From: Candidatus Bipolaricaulota bacterium | Lineage (GTDB): Bacteria; Bipolaricaulota; Bipolaricaulia; UBA7950; UBA9294 | NCBI GenBank assembly: GCA_030606565.1 | Contig: JAUWGE010000001.1 | Span: 87,740-151,739, forward strand | Direction of reading: 5' to 3' | Length of the DNA: 64,000 bases | Shown here: in pieces, positions 59,352 through 64,000 of the stretch | Layout of the letters: each line of letters starts with the position of its first letter | Position numbering within the stretch: position 1 is the first letter of the stretch | Translations under genes and position numbers: made by a program | The notes under the pieces: generated by a model | Told to the model about the DNA's origin: nothing | The model's database searches: none | The model's input: only the letters and a program-made list of their open reading frames with translations

Positions 59352-59380
59352 ACTATAGCATGTATCCGCCACGCTGTCAA
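59352..59380 (-). promoter_or_regulatory. Sigma70-type promoter
   Basis: TTGACA-N17-TATAGT with TG extension. Confidence 0.75.
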
Positions 59381-59413
59381 GAGCAACACCTGCGTCCGTC
59401 AAGAGATCGTTTA

Positions 59414-60061
59414 TTACAAGCCAGGAACGTGAGCTCTATTCTCCAAAGACCGCAGGAGGCGATTGGCGATCGTGACCAGACCCAAGTAGAGCAACCCAAC
59501 GACCAGGAACACCTCAAAGAAGCGGAACGTCTCGTAGGCGATCAACCGCCCCTGGCCTGTCAGGTCAACGAGGGTGACAAGGTAGGCGAGCGAGGAATAC
59601 TTAATGAGGTACACGATCTCGTTGGAGCAGGCGGGAAGAGCCTTTCGTAACATTTGGGGGAGGATGATCGACAGAACAGCCTGAAGCCTTCCCATGCCCA
59701 AGGCGCGTGCGGCTTCCAACTGCCCACTTTTTATGGAGAGGATCGCACCGCGAAAGTACTCGGAGTGGTAGGCCCCGCTGCATAGGCTGAACGCGACGAT
59801 GGCGGAGACAAACGGACTGAGCACAAGACCGAAGCGCGGAAGGCCGTAATAGATGATAAAAAGCTGCACCAACAGCGGTGTCCCCCGGAAGAGCGCCTGG
59901 TACACCCAAGCCAGAGACGACAGTAGAAGCCCGCCATAACTTCGCCCCAGCGCAACCGTGATCCCGATCGCAAGGCCAATGGGTACTGAACAGACGATGA
60001 GTTGGAGCGTGATGGACATCCCTTGAAATAGGCGAGGAAGCGCCCCTGCGAGGAAGCTCAT
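59414..60061 (-). CDS. Polar amino acid ABC permease
   Basis: FRGTPLLVQLF, GQLEAARALG. Confidence 0.92.
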   Translation of the reverse strand: MSFLAGALPRLFQGMSITLQLIVCSVPIGLAIGITVALGRSYGGLLLSSLAWVYQALFRGTPLLVQLFIIYYGLPRFGLVLSPFVSAIVAFSLCSGAYHSEYFRGAILSIKSGQLEAARALGMGRLQAVLSIILPQMLRKALPACSNEIVYLIKYSSLAYLVTLVDLTGQGRLIAYETFRFFEVFLVVGLLYLGLVTIANRLLRSLENRAHVPGL

Positions 60062-60753
60062 CGACTGCTCTCCTTCGCACGATCTCCAAGGCCGGGGATG
60101 CGAGTGCGTCGCTCCATTACCCAGAAGACTAAGACGCCAAGATAGGTAAGGACGAGGTAGATAGCGGCCACAGTCAGGTAGATCGTCATCGTGGCGTAAG
60201 TTCGCGCAACGATGAACTTGCCCCTGCTCAGTAGCTCAACAACGCCGACAGCAAATGCCAACGCAGTATCTTTGAGGACGATGGAATACTCATTGGCAAG
60301 CCCTGGAAGTGAGAAGTGAAGAGCCTGAGGGAGGAGCACCAACCAGATTGCTTGAGGTTTGCTCATTCCCAGGGACCGGGCTGCCGCCATTTGACCCTCT
60401 CCCACTGCTAACAGGCTGCCACGGTAGATCTGGGATTGATAAGCGGCGCTGCGCAGCCCCAGCGCCAAGACCACGGCGAGGAAGGGAGAGAGGGAGACCC
60501 CTTCGATGCTTCCCAACCCGAAATAGAACAAGAACAGAAGAACGAGGGCGGGAAACCCCCGGAATATCCTGTCATATATGGCAGCGACCCATTTGCACCA
60601 GCGTGTGCCATACACGTGGACGAGTGCTAAGGGAACCCCGAGAAGAAAGCCGACTCCCAGACAGGTGGCGATCAACGCCATCGTGATGTACGCACCCTGA
60701 AGGAGCGTGGGCAAGGAGCGCACGATCAAGTTCAAGCTGTCTGTGAAACTCAT
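60058..60753 (-). CDS. Polar amino acid ABC permease
   Basis: FRGFP, GQMAAARSLG, LKDTAL. Confidence 0.92.
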   Translation of the reverse strand: MSFTDSLNLIVRSLPTLLQGAYITMALIATCLGVGFLLGVPLALVHVYGTRWCKWVAAIYDRIFRGFPALVLLFLFYFGLGSIEGVSLSPFLAVVLALGLRSAAYQSQIYRGSLLAVGEGQMAAARSLGMSKPQAIWLVLLPQALHFSLPGLANEYSIVLKDTALAFAVGVVELLSRGKFIVARTYATMTIYLTVAAIYLVLTYLGVLVFWVMERRTRIPGLGDRAKESSR

Positions 60754-60805
60754 GCCTTGATGGAGGAAGAGAGGGGAGCTCTGCTCCCCTCTCTCCTTAT
60801 AGGGC

Positions 60806-61591
60806 TTAGTCTCCGATGAGCCACTTCTCTACAAGACGGTCCCATTCGTCGCTTGCCTTGATGCGTTTGAGACCCTCGTTTAACAGGGAAAGCAGCTCGT
60901 CATCGCCTTTACGGACCGCGTAACCGTAGATTTCACCGGTGTTGATCGTCCCCACGATCGTTGCATCCCGGCCAGCTATGGCGGAGCGTGCGGTCGGCTC
61001 GTCCATGACCGCGGCGTCGACACGGCCTATCAGGAGATCCTCTACCGCGAGCAGGAAGCTGTCGTAAAGCTTGAGCTTGACAGCAACGCCTTCGTCTACG
61101 AGGTTCTCCTCGATCCAGGTCTGTGAGGTCGTCCCCCGCTGCACGCCGATGGTCCTGCCAGCGGCGATGGCCGAGAAGATGTTGAACTGAGGAAAGGGCT
61201 CTCCCTCTTCATCTACCTCTTCCCGCACGATTACAGCAAGGTCGATCGACCAGTAGGGATCGGTGAAATCGACCTGTTCTAGACGCTTTTGGGTGATGGT
61301 CATCCCCGAGGCGATCATGTCGATATTCCCAATCTTCAAGGTGGGAATGATCGCGTCCCAATCGATAGGAACGATCTTTACCTCAAAGTCCATCTCACCC
61401 GCGATCCACTGGACCACCTCCACGTCGAAGCCAGCCGGGTCTCCATTCTCGTCGATGTAGGAGAAGGGCGGGAACGCAGCATCGATACCGTCGACATAGA
61501 GAGGTTTCTCGCCTGCCACAGAAAGAAGAGCGAAGCTCGTCAACAACAGACAAAGTGCAACAGCAAACCGCACAGAAACTCGTACAAACAT
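60806..61591 (-). CDS. Polar amino acid ABC substrate-binding protein (SBP family 3)
   Basis: FPPF, GFDVE, SGMTIT..R, GVQRGTT. Confidence 0.92.
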   Translation of the reverse strand: MFVRVSVRFAVALCLLLTSFALLSVAGEKPLYVDGIDAAFPPFSYIDENGDPAGFDVEVVQWIAGEMDFEVKIVPIDWDAIIPTLKIGNIDMIASGMTITQKRLEQVDFTDPYWSIDLAVIVREEVDEEGEPFPQFNIFSAIAAGRTIGVQRGTTSQTWIEENLVDEGVAVKLKLYDSFLLAVEDLLIGRVDAAVMDEPTARSAIAGRDATIVGTINTGEIYGYAVRKGDDELLSLLNEGLKRIKASDEWDRLVEKWLIGD

Positions 61592-61702
61592 GTTATCCTC
61601 CTAATTGAAAAGGCTTTTAACTAGGTTATTTTCTGCTAATTTGACACGGCAATGAATGCCCATCGGTTGGTAAAACACAACGAGCAAACAATAAGAGTGG
61701 TT

Positions 61703-61804
61703 TTAGAGTGAACGGTCCCAGGAGGGACCGTGATGCGCGTGGAGGTGAGCATGCAGCCGAATCGTGTTGACGCTAATTGGTCCAAGCCGATTAACGGTTT
61801 GCAC
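61703..61804 (-). CDS. Putative His-rich leader peptide MQTVNRLGPISVNTIRLHAHLHAHHGPSWDRSL
   Basis: GGAGGT RBS, GTG start, 5 His in 8 codons followed by a cggtccc-tcct-gggaccg hairpin. Confidence 0.7.
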   Translation of the reverse strand: MQTVNRLGPISVNTIRLHAHLHAHHGPSWDRSL

Positions 61805-61833
61805 GAAAACCACCTCCACTGTTGGATGAAACC

Positions 61834-61862
61834 ACCTTACCCGTTAGCTGCTTCATTGTCAA
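61834..61862 (-). promoter_or_regulatory. Sigma70-type promoter
   Basis: TTGACA-N17-TAAGGT. Confidence 0.6.
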
Positions 61863-61894
61863 GTCTTAGATGAGGCAACAGAGGACCCCCTACA

Positions 61895-61950
61895 TTGACA
61901 ACAAAGGTCGGAGGGGCTATCATTTAGCAAACACCATTGGAGAGTGCTAA
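61895..61950 (+). promoter_or_regulatory. hrcA promoter and CIRCE operator
   Basis: TTGACA-N17-TATCAT, then TTAGCAAAC-N9-GAGTGCTAA (61924-61950). Confidence 0.9.
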
Positions 61951-61958
61951 GAGCCAGA

Positions 61959-63017
61959 ATGACCCTTCCAGAAAGACAAAGGCTTATCTTGAAAGAGATC
62001 GTCGACCGCTACATCCGGCGGCGCGAGCCCGTCTCCTCGAGGATGATCCTCGATGATTACGGGTTACTTGTCAGTTCCGCCACCGTACGCAACGACATGA
62101 ACGATTTGGAAGCAGCCGGATACATCGAGAAACCGTACGCCTCCTCCGGACGGATCCCGACCAAGAAGGGATATCGCTTCTTCGTCGACTGGCTCCTCGA
62201 CCTCTCCGAACTGACAAAGAAAGAACGCCTAGAAGTGGTAGAGGCTTACGGGGTGCGCTGCCTGGAAGTGGGAGAGGCGATGCGCCAGACAGCTTTCCTG
62301 TTGGGGAACATCACCGGCTACGCAGGGTTCGTCATTCCACCTCGCTTGGAGGAGACCCGCCTCGACCAAATAGTCCTGATAAGAATGGACCCACGGATGG
62401 TCCTTCTGGTAATCGTCTCTGATATCGGCGTCGTCGAACACAAACTGATCCCGCTCGAAAAGGATCTCTCCGCGGAAGAGATCAATCGGATGACACAGTT
62501 AATCAACGACACCCTGTGTGGGGTAAGCCTCGACGCGGTGCGAGAACTGACGCTTGAAGATGGACCGGAAGGATGGTATGAGCCACCTGTGCGCCAGGCG
62601 CTATCAGTCTTGCGCCACATCCTAGAGCGACGGACCCGTCAGTGCCTTTACTTCGAGGGAATTTTGAACCTCGCTGATAGCTTGCAGGAGGTGGCCCCTG
62701 CTCGTGCGATGGAGCGTTTCGCCAGCTTGATCCACGCTGTGCAAGACGAGCGCGCATTTACCGAGGCAATCCGAACAATCCGTGGGGACAGAGAAGGAGT
62801 AATGGCCGCAGTTAGCAGCTGTCCGCTCCCTGGCCTAGAGGAGTACAGCGTGGTAACCTCCGACTATCGTCCGCATTCCGGGGTACTCGGTGTGATCGCT
62901 CCCCTATGGATGGACTATGGCAAGGCGCTCTCGACGACAAGCTACATTGCAAACCGCTTGGAGGCACTCCTTGTTGGCTCCTGCAAGGCAGGCTTGAGGG
63001 GACAAGATGGTGGATAA
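61959..63017 (+). CDS. hrcA: Heat-inducible transcription repressor HrcA
   Basis: SSATVRNDM, SSGRIPT.KGYR; CIRCE upstream. Confidence 0.95.
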   Translation: MTLPERQRLILKEIVDRYIRRREPVSSRMILDDYGLLVSSATVRNDMNDLEAAGYIEKPYASSGRIPTKKGYRFFVDWLLDLSELTKKERLEVVEAYGVRCLEVGEAMRQTAFLLGNITGYAGFVIPPRLEETRLDQIVLIRMDPRMVLLVIVSDIGVVEHKLIPLEKDLSAEEINRMTQLINDTLCGVSLDAVRELTLEDGPEGWYEPPVRQALSVLRHILERRTRQCLYFEGILNLADSLQEVAPARAMERFASLIHAVQDERAFTEAIRTIRGDREGVMAAVSSCPLPGLEEYSVVTSDYRPHSGVLGVIAPLWMDYGKALSTTSYIANRLEALLVGSCKAGLRGQDGG

Positions 63018-63035
63018 AAAAAGGAAACAAGGGAT

Positions 63036-63578
63036 ATGACAGAAGAAATGAAAGAGAAAATACAAGGGGTTGAAGCCGAGGAACAAGAGCTCCCCACTAA
63101 AGACGGCCTTTTGGTCGAGAAGGAAGCGGAGATCCGTTCCTACGTCGATCGACTCAAGCGACTGCAGGCAGAGTTCGAGAACTACAAGAAGCGGGGGCTG
63201 CGCGAGATGGCCAATCTGGAAGAGCGGATTTCTGATCGAGAGATCCTCGATTTCCTCCCCCTGTACGACAACTTGCAGCGCGCATTCACGAGCTTCTCAG
63301 GGAACAACGACGCTCAGTCGTTCATCGAAGGGATAGAGCAGATCTTCGCCCAGTTCGATGAGATCCTTAAGCAAAAGGGGGTCTCTCCCATCGAGGCGGT
63401 TGGAAATCTCTTCGATCCAGCCAAGCATGAGGCCTTGCTAAGTGTTGAAAGCGACAAAGAGCGAAACGAAATCCTCGAGGAGTTCGAGCGAGGATACATA
63501 TGCAATGGACGCGTCCTGCGGCCAAGCAAGGTCAAAGTGAGTAAAGGGAAGACTGAAACGGAGGAGGAAAAGACATGA
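63036..63578 (+). CDS. grpE: Nucleotide exchange factor GrpE
   Basis: [28 protein letters not shown]. Confidence 0.95.
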   Translation: MTEEMKEKIQGVEAEEQELPTKDGLLVEKEAEIRSYVDRLKRLQAEFENYKKRGLREMANLEERISDREILDFLPLYDNLQRAFTSFSGNNDAQSFIEGIEQIFAQFDEILKQKGVSPIEAVGNLFDPAKHEALLSVESDKERNEILEEFERGYICNGRVLRPSKVKVSKGKTETEEEKT

Positions 63579-64000
63579 GAGAGAAGCTCATCGGAATCGA
63601 TTTAGGAACGACGAATTCCTGTATCGCCGTCCTGGAGGGCGGAGCACCGGAGGTGATCACAAACACGGAAGGAGAGAGGGTAACCGCCTCGGTGGTTGCC
63701 TTCACCGACACAGGGGAAAGGTTGGTCGGCCGACTAGCAAAGCGCCAAGCGATCACAAACCCGAAACACACGGTCGCCTCGATCAAGCGAGAAATGGGAA
63801 CCGACCACCGGGTGAAGATCGAACTTGACGGGAAAGTCGAAGAATACACCCCGGAGCAGATCTCGGCGATGATCATACAGAAGCTGAAGAAGGATGCCGA
63901 GGAGCACCTGGGAGGCAAGGTTAAAAAGGCAGTGATCACTGTTCCCGCTTACTTCAATGACTCGCAGCGCCAAGCGACCAAGGACGCAGGGAAGATCGCC
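63575..64000 (+). CDS. dnaK: Chaperone DnaK, 5' part, runs off window
   Basis: Manual translation [16 protein letters not shown]...[24 protein letters not shown]. Confidence 0.96.
   Translation, partial: MREKLIGIDLGTTNSCIAVLEGGAPEVITNTEGERVTASVVAFTDTGERLVGRLAKRQAITNPKHTVASIKREMGTDHRVKIELDGKVEEYTPEQISAMIIQKLKKDAEEHLGGKVKKAVITVPAYFNDSQRQATKDAGKIA

Overview
Bacterial chromosomal window, about 55-60% GC by eye. Gene content is compatible with an anaerobe such as Ca. Bipolaricaulota, but that assignment is a guess. Most of it is housekeeping: gdhA (partial), punA, radA-clpC, pth-rplY-prs-glmU, trpS, nrdDG, rpsT-secF-recJ, mnmE-jag-yidC, ribE-ribBA-ribH-hisS, ahcY, ctpA, secA, two amino-acid ABC clusters and hrcA-grpE-dnaK with a CIRCE operator. 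An accessory tract spans about 27.3-39.1 kb. The main observations are: (1) three unannotated leader-peptide uORFs in front of amino-acid transporters, two carrying a mixed run of scarce/hydrophobic codons (FNCYFMIHW; LYVVHYFILWM) followed by hairpin plus terminator, and one His-rich; (2) an integrase-free array in which diverged, in-frame 3' ends of an adenosine-specific kinase gene alternate with toxin-antitoxin and nuclease cargo; (3) a LAGLIDADG intein in NrdD that begins with Thr; (4) a tRNA-Ser/tRNA-Arg pair defective at both outer ends; (5) several non-coding repeat families (MITE-like ~210 bp, GTAG-REPs, 8-mer palindromic arrays) and a 6S-like RNA candidate. All calls come from reading the sequence; no database searches were run.
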